26,104 nucleotides of DNA from a virus (Duplodnaviria > Caudoviricetes): positions 1 through 26,104 of the IMG/VR virus record IMGVR_UViG_3300044305_000543, one strand, 5' to 3'. The translations under genes were made by a program, and so were the position numbers. The notes under the pieces were generated by a model. It saw only the letters and a list, made by a program, of their open reading frames with translations, was not told the DNA's origin and did not search any database. Below, in pieces: positions 1 through 9,067 of the stretch (positions within the stretch are counted from its first letter, which is position 1; each line of letters starts with the position of its first letter).

Positions 1-993
1 AGATCTAAACAAGCAAGAGCAGAAATAGATAAATTCCAAAAAGAAAAGGAAGTAACAGTAGATAACACAGGTAGGGTTATAAGAGTATCTGACGGTAAAA
101 CAGTTGGTATACAAAAAATAAAAGATACCAGAGGTTTTTGGGATAAAGCGTTAGACCCTAACGGTGTTGTATCAGGTTTTAAAATTTTGCAAGACGCTGC
201 AGACAAAGTTAATAAAGATATAACTGCAGATAAAAATTATTTAAAAGAACCAGCTAAAGCGGGTAAAGATATTAAAGAGGCACTTGATACAAGAAAAGAC
301 TTAGCTTTTTCTGCAAGAGAATATTATGGGCTTGCACAAATAGCAGCTCAAAACGGTAATATGAAAGATTACCAATCTTATATGAAAATAGCCGATGCAT
401 ACAAAACTAATATAAACCAACAAGATGACCAAATAGTTTATCTAGAAGGCATGCAATCATTAAACGAATTAACACAAGGCAGCACAGGTCGTGCATCTAA
501 AGTATGGTCTTTATTTTCAGGTAGAGATGTACAAATTATAAAAAGAGATGACGGTAACTTTGACGTTACTATTGATGGTCAACAACAAAGAACAGGTGTA
601 AGTCTTAAAAGGTTATCAGATGAATTAAGATTACAGTTTGATACTGGTCACAGAACAAGACTCGCACAAGCTGCAGTAGGCAGAGCTGAATTAGCTTTTG
701 CGAATAATTTAGAAATTAAAAAAGAATATGTAAAACTTCTAGCTCAAGCTAAAACAGAAAAAATGAAACTTGTAATACAAGGTCTTATTGACGAAGCAAA
801 AGATGGGAAAGCTAAACTATTTCAAGATAGTTATGGTTTCTATAAGGGTACAATTTTTGTAAATAGAAATGGTGTTATAACAGCTTTACAGCAATCAGAA
901 ACAGAGATAGACGGTAAAACACAAACTAGCTTACAGGAAGTTCCTGTAAGTCAGTTAGCAGGTGGTAATCAATTTTTATCTGCGTACGATTAA
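1..993 (+). CDS. Phage virion-module protein, 5'-truncated (probable internal virion protein)
   Basis: Frame 1 is open from base 1 (RSKQARAEIDKF...) to TAA at 991-993, so the track's TTG start at 187 is probably not the real start. The function is inferred only from its position upstream of the giant virion gene. Confidence 0.6.
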   Translation, partial: RSKQARAEIDKFQKEKEVTVDNTGRVIRVSDGKTVGIQKIKDTRGFWDKALDPNGVVSGFKILQDAADKVNKDITADKNYLKEPAKAGKDIKEALDTRKDLAFSAREYYGLAQIAAQNGNMKDYQSYMKIADAYKTNINQQDDQIVYLEGMQSLNELTQGSTGRASKVWSLFSGRDVQIIKRDDGNFDVTIDGQQQRTGVSLKRLSDELRLQFDTGHRTRLAQAAVGRAELAFANNLEIKKEYVKLLAQAKTEKMKLVIQGLIDEAKDGKAKLFQDSYGFYKGTIFVNRNGVITALQQSETEIDGKTQTSLQEVPVSQLAGGNQFLSAYD

Positions 994-1000
994 ATAAATA

Positions 1001-1005
1001 AGGAG
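1001..1005 (+). promoter_or_regulatory. Shine-Dalgarno site of the giant gene
   Basis: AGGAG lies 5 nt upstream of the ATG at 1011. Confidence 0.75.
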
Positions 1006-1010
1006 TTACT

Positions 1011-4000
1011 ATGGTAGAAAAAGTAGGCTTAACAACTCCTCAAACAACTTCAGACATAACTACATCTGAAGGTTTAGGTGTAGGAAGTTTTGGTAATCCT
1101 TATTTGCCGCAAGATTCTTCTGGTGCTCTCGAAAAAGATATTGCAAAAACTTCAGCTTTACTTGACATTGTTACAGATACATCACAACTAGAAGAACCTG
1201 AGCAAGTAGACTTAGGCCCACAAGTTTTATTTAGCCCATCAACTAAAAAGATGTTTGTTAATGGTGCTACTTTTGATGTTGACGATTACCAATCAGCGTT
1301 AGACGCAAAACAATTTTTAACACAACCAACGGCTCCAGCCCCTGTAGATGTAGCAGAGGATTGGGTTAGAGTAAGTCCAGATACTTTCACTAAGTATATA
1401 CAAGATATAAAAAATCCTAGCTTAGGCAGACTAGCTTCTAAAAACTTTGATATTGGTGTAGATAATTTAAAATTATTAGCTGGTAGAGGCTTACAATTTT
1501 ATGGCAAAGAAGAAACAGGTAAAGAGTGGGTTGACGAAGCACTAGCAGATTTATACAAAAACCAACCATTCCAAAGAGAATTCCAAAACGAATCAGGTGA
1601 GTTTGTATCTAATGGTTTAGTCGACTGGTTTGTAGCAAACTTAGCACAGCAAGGTCCTATGATATTAGAATCTATTGCTGTAGCTTTAGTCGGTGGTGTT
1701 GCAGGTGGATTAGCTGGTGGAGGTGCAAACCCATTTACAGCCCTCGGTGGTAGTTTATCCGCTTTAATGGGTAAAGAATCATTTAAACAAGGTGTATTGG
1801 CTGCTGCTAAAAAATACAGTAAAGGACAACCAATGACTGTTGGCGAGAAAAAACTTCTTCGTGAAGTATCAGGCATGGCTGGTGCAACAAAAGTTAAGAA
1901 CGATGTTTTTTATAATAACCCGTTTACAGGTGCGAAAAACAGAGCTATTAGAGATGATGCTTTAGAATATACTGGGGCTAAAATAGCAGGAAAAGGTGGT
2001 GCAACTCAAGCTCGTATAGGTGGTGCAGCAGGATTTTCTATACTAGGAGCTCAACAATTAGGTCAAGCTGACATCTATGGAGAAGTTAGAGAGACTGGTG
2101 TTGGTGATAGAGGCACAGCTTTTCTAGGTTCGTTCCCTTATGCTGCGGCTGAAGTTATACCTGAGTTTTTTCTAGCGGGTAAAATACTAGGTTTAAATCC
2201 AGCTAAAATGAGAACAGGTGCTGACGTATTAAAACGTGGGCCTAAAAATATTTTTAGAAGAGCTGCTGAAGGTATTGCAGTTGGTGGTGCATTAGAAGGT
2301 GCTACTGAATTAGCACAAGAAAGTATACTACTAGGTGGTACAGACCAGCTAGGAGATGCTGGTACATATAGAAGATTACTCAATGCGTTTGCAGCAGGTT
2401 TTGCAATCGGTGGTCCTATCGGTGGTATTGCAAATCTTAAAACGGACAAGGTTGCTGATGTATTAAATCCAGAAAGTAACAAAGACCCAGAGCCAGAAAC
2501 TACTTCACAGAAACCACCAGAGCCAGATGAGACTGGGCAACTTCCACTATTTGGGCCTGAAGTAACATCAAGAACTAGAGATACTAGAAGGAATCCAACA
2601 GGTGTTCCACAACCTCAACCTGTAGAAACACCACAACCCACACAATTAGATATTTTTGGTGGTGAAGATGTTATACCTACACAACCAGAAACAGACCCAA
2701 ATCAACTAGAATTAGATTTAACTGGACAACAACCTGCTGCAACAGGGCAACAAAGTTTACTTACACCAACAGGTCGTGCTAGAAACAGAAGAAGGCAACA
2801 AGCTGCAACAGCTGGAGCAACTGGAGCGGCTGCAACAGCTGGGCCATCTGCATCTAACCTTCAAGTTTCTGACCCTATAGGTTCACCTATACCTGCACCT
2901 AATCCAGTTATACAACAAGTTCAACAAAATAGACAACCTCCTGTTCAAACTACTGGTCAAGTTTCTGACCCTATAAGTTCACCTGCATTTGTACCTAATC
3001 CAATTTTGCAAACAGTTCAGCAAACTGACCAGACTAAGCCAGAGGCAGACATAAATAATGAATTATATAAATTAAAAACAGGTAGAACTATAAGTACTTT
3101 TGGCCAACAAGATTTATTAGACCAAAGAGACAGATTAGTACGTAAGAAAAAATTAACCAAAAGAGAAGACAGAGACCTTCAAGCTATTCAAGCTGCTATT
3201 CTTAGACGTGAAGCTGCTATGGCAACAGGTGCTGCAGTAGGTGTTGGGACTGAAAATAGATTACAACAAGTTGTTAATGAACGAAAACAAATAGCTGAAG
3301 ATAATAAGCGAAACGCAGAAATTTTAAAACAGGCTCAAAGAGACGAGGCTAAACGTAGAAAAGCAGAAGAAAAACTAGAAGCTGAAAGAATAAAACAAGC
3401 TGAAGCACAAACTAAAATATTAGAAAATCAAGCTGCTGCAACTGCAGCTGCAACAACAGAAGGAGGTACACAAGATGCCATTCAAGAGCAAGAAACAAAT
3501 GAAGTGGTTGTTCAAGAACAAGCCCGAGATAGCGAAGCAGTTCCAGAAGGAGACCAGCAAACAACAACTGTTGAAGTTACCGAACAAGGTCAAGAAAACC
3601 AAGGACAAGCTCAAACTGGAAGCCCGATTACGGGACAAGAAACGAAAGCTGATAGCCTTAAAAGGGGCAGGGAAAATATCAGCGAACAAGTTCAAGAATC
3701 AACCAATAGGGCGAGGGAAAATCGTGTAGTAACACCTGTTAGACCTAAAGCTACTAGAGACCCAGCTACTATATGGGCGTCTTTAGGTACAGCTTTAACT
3801 TACGATAACTTGTCACCAGAACTTCAAGAACAGTTTCAAAATGACCCATCATTTACAAGAGCTGATGAGCCTAACATAGGTAAATTAAGAAACAAATATA
3901 TGTCGCTTGCACAAGCAGAAGTAGAAGCAAATAGAAATATTGGGTCTAATTCTGAAATACTATTAGATGCACAAGCACAAATAGAAGGGTTACAGGGAGA

Positions 4001-7000
4001 AACTACAGCAGATGTAGATGCACTTACTGATGCTATAGCAGATATGATGGAGATTGCATTTGGAGGTGAAAATCCTAACGCTAATAAATCTCAAGATTTA
4101 TTAAAAGGTAAATCAGAACGTAAATTTGTTAAAGATTTTTTACTTAACACTCAGTTTACTGACCAACAAATAGATATTATAAGGCAGGAATTTATTAGTT
4201 CGATTATTGCACAAGAAAGAAGAAGTATGCAAACAGGCGGTGTTGAATCTGACTGGGTAGTTGTAGCAGAAAAATTAGGAGCAATGGATACAATACTTAA
4301 CACAGATACTTTAAGTGTAAGAAATAAAGTTGCAAGATATCAAGCAGCACAAGAACCAGTTACAGATACTATTGGTGATACTGAGCAGGCAGGTACAGAT
4401 TTAAATGAAGAGAAAGCCACTCAAAAACTAACCGATATGATAGTTGGGTATTTAACAAATAAAAAATATATAACTAACGCTGTACCTGAAGAAATAAAAA
4501 CTCTTTATGCTAGTGCAAACAAAGAAGCGATTGTGCAAGGAGTACCACTAAAAGATTACTTTGATAAAGATGGTAATATAAATCTTGTGCAATCAACAAC
4601 TGAAAGTGGTATGAAAGTTCGTAAACCTGCACCCATAAACAATAAGCAAACAGCTCCTACTGTCAATGACATAGTTAATGAAGCTGATGGCAAAGATGGT
4701 AAGTATTATAGGTACACAGATGGGCAAGAAATAAAAGACCCTGTGCCTAAAGGTAAAGCAGAACTAATAGTTAAACAAGTATTAAGAAAACTTAAAACTA
4801 AACCTACAGTTACTGTAGTTAAAAACAGAGAAGAATTACAAGAAACAAACCCTGCGTTGTATAAAAGAGCAACAGAAGCTAGAGATGATTTTGATACAGT
4901 TAATGCATCAGGTTATTCTTTTGGTGACCAGATAATAATATTTACAGACTTTGTTAAAGATGAACAAATGTTACGAAGTATTATTGGGCACGAAGCACTA
5001 GGACACTTTGGCTTTAGAGCTTTCTTACCAATGAATAGACTCAAGTTAGTATTTGATGACATCTACAATAGTGACCCAGCTATAAGATTAATAGCTGATA
5101 TGAATATAAACAATGGGCAAGAAAAGTATGAGGCTATAGAAGAAGCATTAGCTGACCATGCTGCCTATGTTGATTCACATATACTAGCAAGATTTTGGAA
5201 TGCAATTAAAAACTTTATGCGAGATGCATTTGGCATAGAGTTCCAAGATGATATGACAAGATACTTAATATTCCAAGCTCGCAGGAACTTGCGTACAGGT
5301 GGTAGTGGTGTTGTAACAGTAGGGCAAATGATGGAGAACATGAACAGACTAAGAAACGAAAGTAAGTATGGTCGTTACTTTGTCGAAACACACTCAACTG
5401 TAGCAGCTAAAGGTTTAACAAGTATGGCACAAAGACTTACTAACCAGCCAGGTGAGTTATTTAATTATAAATCATATTATGAGGGAGCTAAAAAAATTGG
5501 TAGGCGTATATACGAGGGTGATGCATCAGGATGGTTTGGTAGAGTACTTGAAGAGTTTCAAACATTAGATAACGTAGCTTTGCGTAGTGAAGGCTTATCA
5601 AAAATCTTTGCGTTGTTTCAAGGACAAACAGCAAGGACAAGAAAGTATCAACAGATATATGGTGATATGACTAAGTTTACTCATAGTGCAAATTACTCTG
5701 GTTTGTTTGGGCAAAACGGACCTACAGCACAAGAGTTAGAAACAGCAGGTAAACTACTAGCATTTGGTGCACTGTTTAAAAGCGGTCAAATTAATAGTGA
5801 CGCTAATATAAGAAACGCTCCATCATTAATAACAAAAGACGGAGAAGGCAATCCAATTATTGACATGGCAGTTTTTGAAAAAATGAAAGCTGATAACATT
5901 ATAAGTAAAGAAACTTTTGAACAAGGTCTTGATGTTCAACTAGATTTTCTAGAAGACGGTACACCTAATCCAGATGGTAGACCTTTTAGATTTGAACCTG
6001 GTGCTATTAGCGATAGAGTTTATAGAATTTACCAAGAAAATAGAAACGCTGTAGATGAAGCTGCTAAAGATTTATTAGAGTCTAACCTAGAAGCTACCTT
6101 ATCAGAAACTACAGATATACTACAAATGGTTAAAGAGTACTCAGAAGACAGTCGTGGCGTAGGAGCTAGTGCTCAAGATGTAGCTGCAGCAAGAATTATT
6201 TTAAATAAATATAAAGAGATTTATTCTGAAGGAGCTACGCTAGAAGGTGTAGGTATTCAGTATAACCCTGAATCTGAAGCCAAAGCAGAAAGATTTTTAA
6301 GGGACGCTAATCGTGCTTTATGGGAACAAAAAAAACTTAACGATTGGGTTAGTGGTAATACCACTGAAGTTCCTATATTAAAAGACGGTAGTGAACAATT
6401 TACTGATGTAGTAAATAGTCTGCAACAACTACATGAAATCTATAATAATAAAAAAGCTGACGCAAAAACAGTAACAGATACAATACAAAACTTATTAATA
6501 CTAGATTTAAAAAATAACAATAATGAATTTAATGCAAAGAGAACTATACTAGGTGGGTATGTACCATTTACTAGGCGTGGTAAATTTCAAGTAACACTTA
6601 GAGCTTTTGATAATGATGGTAATGAAGTAGAACTAGCTGACCATACTAAAAATGTTTTACCATACTATCAAGTCGCTACTCAAGAAGATGCAAGAGCTTT
6701 AGAAAAAGAGTTAACAGAAGACTTTGGCGGTACTAATTATAAATTTATAGATAATAACTTACAAGAAGTAGAAGTTACTTTAGAAGCTAGAACAGCTGCT
6801 GTGTCAAAAAGTGCACCCGTATCTAGTGAGATGAATCTAAATGAATTTACTAGCATCATGGCTAGAATAGGAGTTAATCTAAAACCAGAGCAACAAAAGA
6901 AAATAATTACTGCTTTGACAAAACAAAGCGACAGGGCAAGAAGAAGTCTGCAACGTTCAGGTACAGCTGGTTGGGACGCAGATGTTGTAAGAAGTGTGTC

Positions 7001-8999
7001 AGAACATTTAGAAACTATGTCTCATGCAGCAGGTAAAACTTTCTACTCTCATAAACTAAATAAATATACTACTGATGTAAAACTATGGAGTAAAGGCAAC
7101 AAGAAAAAATTAAATAGACTTAGAGAAAGAATGGAGCAAGTAGAACGAACAGGTAATGATGAGCAGATAAAAATTGCACAACAACAATATGATGCCTATG
7201 CAAACCAGTATAGATATAGTGCAGAAAAAGGTGAGACCATCACGGTATTTAAAGGCAGTGGTAGAGGTAGAGAATCAATGCAGGTTGCCACTGAAGGTGA
7301 AGGTAATAGATATAAAGACATAGCTAGTGGGCTACTAGATTTCTATGGTAAAGCAGGAAACATAGACGTATCTACAGAAGATATGCTTTCAGGTGAAGCA
7401 GGTTCTGCTATAAAATTATTAACAGTAACTACACAACTTGGTGGTTCTCTTGCAACAGGTATTATAAATACCATGTCTATGGTTACTCATAGTATCCCTT
7501 ATTTATCTACGTATAACGCTAAGACGGGTTATGGTGGTGGCTTTGGTATGGGTAGGTCGGCTAGTGCTATGACTATGGCATTAAGAAATATGAAGAACTT
7601 TAATCTAGAGAACTTATCTCATGTGCAAAAAGTAATTGATGATAAAGCATTACAGAATAAATACGGTATAACTCAAGATGAAGCTCAGGTATTACTTGAA
7701 GCTACTGAACAAGGTGTACTTCAAGCGGCACAGTTTAATGCTCTTGTTGGTACAGCTAGAGGTGGATTGATGGCTAAGAAACAATTAGCTGCTGGTGTCA
7801 GAGCATGGATGAAAATATTCTCATACACAGAGCAGTTAAATAGAAGAACAACTTTCTTAGCAGCGTACAGATTACAAAGAGATAAGCTACAAGCTGCTGG
7901 TCAGAGTTTAAAAGAAGCTTCTAAAAGTGCAGAAGAGTTTGCCATAAGAGCTGTTAACACATCTCAAGGTGAATATGGAATGTTTAACAGACCACAAATG
8001 GCTCGTGGTAATGTACTTCAATACATCTTTATGTATAAACAATTTGTAATTATTACTGTAGAACTTATAAAAAACTTAGCTCCAAAAGAAAGATTAATAT
8101 TACTTGGTATGCTTGTATTACTTTCAGGATTAAAAGGCTTACCGTTTGCTGATGATATAACAGATTTAATAGATACATTAGTGCAAAAACTGGGTATTAA
8201 AATGGGAACTGTAGAAAAAGAATTAACAGAACTTATAGAAGAACTTGCACCTGGAGCATCACCAATAGCTATGAGAGGTATAATGGATTACTATCTTGGA
8301 GCTACCATATCTACAAGATTAGGCTTCGGTGATTTGGTACCACTAACAGGGCTCGGTAAGGCAGGCTCAGACAACTGGCAAGAAGTTAAAAACTTTTTTG
8401 GGCCTGTGTATTCTGCAGCAGAACAAACAGTAGTTACAGCAAATTTAGTAGCACGACAAGGTGCGGAAGCTATAGGACTTAAAGATGATACAACAACTTG
8501 GTCTGATATATTTAAGAACCAACCATTCGGTGCATTAAGAGGTGTAACAGATGGTATATCTTATATGGCAAACGGACATATAACAAACAAACAAGGTAAG
8601 ATATTACAAGAAGATGTAAGCGGTTTACAGACTTTCTTTAGATTCTTAAACTTCTACCCAGCAGGAGCTACTTACCAAAATGATATTATAAGAATGAGTA
8701 AACAAACTGATGGTTATGTTAAAGCAATTAAAAAAGGTTATACCGATGCTTGGGTTAAAGCAAAACTAATAGGAGATAGAGATAGAATGAGACAGGTAGA
8801 ACGAGATGTTAGAGAACATAACCAAGACCATAGAGGTACTGAGTTTGAATTAAAACGTTGGTTGCCTTCAGCACAAAGAGCATATAAAGCTTGGTCACTA
8901 CCAGCAGCTCAACGATACAAAAAGTTCGCTCCTAAAAATATCAGACCTGATACACAATTTTTATTAGACGCATACGAAGACGCAATAGATAATCACTAG
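1011..8999 (+). CDS. Giant (2662 aa) internal virion / DNA-ejection-type polyvalent protein with a zincin-like motif and a PLxRFG-like C-terminal region
   Basis: 8-kb ORF with an SD. Features in order: N-terminal Gly/Ala-rich hydrophobic segments; a long Q/P/T/E-rich disordered linker; HEALGHFG...EEALA at about 4989-5150; YVPFTRRG at 6558-6581 (resembles the PLxRFG signature); C-terminal helical region with KGLPF. It is the last gene of the + strand block. Confidence 0.75.
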   Translation: MVEKVGLTTPQTTSDITTSEGLGVGSFGNPYLPQDSSGALEKDIAKTSALLDIVTDTSQLEEPEQVDLGPQVLFSPSTKKMFVNGATFDVDDYQSALDAKQFLTQPTAPAPVDVAEDWVRVSPDTFTKYIQDIKNPSLGRLASKNFDIGVDNLKLLAGRGLQFYGKEETGKEWVDEALADLYKNQPFQREFQNESGEFVSNGLVDWFVANLAQQGPMILESIAVALVGGVAGGLAGGGANPFTALGGSLSALMGKESFKQGVLAAAKKYSKGQPMTVGEKKLLREVSGMAGATKVKNDVFYNNPFTGAKNRAIRDDALEYTGAKIAGKGGATQARIGGAAGFSILGAQQLGQADIYGEVRETGVGDRGTAFLGSFPYAAAEVIPEFFLAGKILGLNPAKMRTGADVLKRGPKNIFRRAAEGIAVGGALEGATELAQESILLGGTDQLGDAGTYRRLLNAFAAGFAIGGPIGGIANLKTDKVADVLNPESNKDPEPETTSQKPPEPDETGQLPLFGPEVTSRTRDTRRNPTGVPQPQPVETPQPTQLDIFGGEDVIPTQPETDPNQLELDLTGQQPAATGQQSLLTPTGRARNRRRQQAATAGATGAAATAGPSASNLQVSDPIGSPIPAPNPVIQQVQQNRQPPVQTTGQVSDPISSPAFVPNPILQTVQQTDQTKPEADINNELYKLKTGRTISTFGQQDLLDQRDRLVRKKKLTKREDRDLQAIQAAILRREAAMATGAAVGVGTENRLQQVVNERKQIAEDNKRNAEILKQAQRDEAKRRKAEEKLEAERIKQAEAQTKILENQAAATAAATTEGGTQDAIQEQETNEVVVQEQARDSEAVPEGDQQTTTVEVTEQGQENQGQAQTGSPITGQETKADSLKRGRENISEQVQESTNRARENRVVTPVRPKATRDPATIWASLGTALTYDNLSPELQEQFQNDPSFTRADEPNIGKLRNKYMSLAQAEVEANRNIGSNSEILLDAQAQIEGLQGETTADVDALTDAIADMMEIAFGGENPNANKSQDLLKGKSERKFVKDFLLNTQFTDQQIDIIRQEFISSIIAQERRSMQTGGVESDWVVVAEKLGAMDTILNTDTLSVRNKVARYQAAQEPVTDTIGDTEQAGTDLNEEKATQKLTDMIVGYLTNKKYITNAVPEEIKTLYASANKEAIVQGVPLKDYFDKDGNINLVQSTTESGMKVRKPAPINNKQTAPTVNDIVNEADGKDGKYYRYTDGQEIKDPVPKGKAELIVKQVLRKLKTKPTVTVVKNREELQETNPALYKRATEARDDFDTVNASGYSFGDQIIIFTDFVKDEQMLRSIIGHEALGHFGFRAFLPMNRLKLVFDDIYNSDPAIRLIADMNINNGQEKYEAIEEALADHAAYVDSHILARFWNAIKNFMRDAFGIEFQDDMTRYLIFQARRNLRTGGSGVVTVGQMMENMNRLRNESKYGRYFVETHSTVAAKGLTSMAQRLTNQPGELFNYKSYYEGAKKIGRRIYEGDASGWFGRVLEEFQTLDNVALRSEGLSKIFALFQGQTARTRKYQQIYGDMTKFTHSANYSGLFGQNGPTAQELETAGKLLAFGALFKSGQINSDANIRNAPSLITKDGEGNPIIDMAVFEKMKADNIISKETFEQGLDVQLDFLEDGTPNPDGRPFRFEPGAISDRVYRIYQENRNAVDEAAKDLLESNLEATLSETTDILQMVKEYSEDSRGVGASAQDVAAARIILNKYKEIYSEGATLEGVGIQYNPESEAKAERFLRDANRALWEQKKLNDWVSGNTTEVPILKDGSEQFTDVVNSLQQLHEIYNNKKADAKTVTDTIQNLLILDLKNNNNEFNAKRTILGGYVPFTRRGKFQVTLRAFDNDGNEVELADHTKNVLPYYQVATQEDARALEKELTEDFGGTNYKFIDNNLQEVEVTLEARTAAVSKSAPVSSEMNLNEFTSIMARIGVNLKPEQQKKIITALTKQSDRARRSLQRSGTAGWDADVVRSVSEHLETMSHAAGKTFYSHKLNKYTTDVKLWSKGNKKKLNRLRERMEQVERTGNDEQIKIAQQQYDAYANQYRYSAEKGETITVFKGSGRGRESMQVATEGEGNRYKDIASGLLDFYGKAGNIDVSTEDMLSGEAGSAIKLLTVTTQLGGSLATGIINTMSMVTHSIPYLSTYNAKTGYGGGFGMGRSASAMTMALRNMKNFNLENLSHVQKVIDDKALQNKYGITQDEAQVLLEATEQGVLQAAQFNALVGTARGGLMAKKQLAAGVRAWMKIFSYTEQLNRRTTFLAAYRLQRDKLQAAGQSLKEASKSAEEFAIRAVNTSQGEYGMFNRPQMARGNVLQYIFMYKQFVIITVELIKNLAPKERLILLGMLVLLSGLKGLPFADDITDLIDTLVQKLGIKMGTVEKELTELIEELAPGASPIAMRGIMDYYLGATISTRLGFGDLVPLTGLGKAGSDNWQEVKNFFGPVYSAAEQTVVTANLVARQGAEAIGLKDDTTTWSDIFKNQPFGALRGVTDGISYMANGHITNKQGKILQEDVSGLQTFFRFLNFYPAGATYQNDIIRMSKQTDGYVKAIKKGYTDAWVKAKLIGDRDRMRQVERDVREHNQDHRGTEFELKRWLPSAQRAYKAWSLPAAQRYKKFAPKNIRPDTQFLLDAYEDAIDNH
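2861..3024 (+). repeat. Imperfect in-frame tandem duplication inside the giant gene (96-nt period)
   Basis: TCAAGTTTCTGACCCTATA[G/A]GTTCACCT begins at both 2861 and 2957. The copies encode QVSDPIGSPIPAPNPVIQQVQQ and QVSDPISSPAFVPNPILQTVQQ. Confidence 0.85.
3461..3467 (+). promoter_or_regulatory. Internal Shine-Dalgarno site for the nested ORF
   Basis: AGGAGGT (full anti-SD complement) lies 7 nt upstream of the out-of-frame ATG at 3475. Confidence 0.65.
3475..3729 (+). CDS. Nested (+1 frame) 84-aa highly basic protein, MPFKSKKQMKWLFKNKPEIAK type
   Basis: It has a perfect SD with good spacing. The N-terminus resembles the MPFKSxxQxxW/YxxxNxPExAxxW pattern I recall from small stand-alone phage ORFs. 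It overlaps a low-complexity part of the host protein. Confidence 0.6.
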   Translation: MPFKSKKQMKWLFKNKPEIAKQFQKETSKQQLLKLPNKVKKTKDKLKLEARLRDKKRKLIALKGAGKISANKFKNQPIGRGKIV

Positions 9000-9016
9000 A
9001 TAATATGTAAAGTTTT

Positions 9017-9043
9017 AGGGGGTACCTAGGGTACAGCCCCCCT
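9017..9043. terminator. GC-rich hairpin between the convergent gene blocks (possible terminator)
   Basis: AGGGG-GTACC-TAG-GGTAC-AGCC-CCCCT forms a bulged stem in the 68-bp gap between convergent stop codons. Neither strand has a clear U-tract. Confidence 0.4.
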
Positions 9044-9067
9044 CTAGAAACAGCCTTCTCGAGCCTC

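Noticed and set aside
1499-5397. Minus-strand ORFs inside the giant gene (1499-1876, 2138-2482, 3420-3695, 5215-5397)
   Set aside because: These are antisense shadow ORFs with no convincing SD or motifs.
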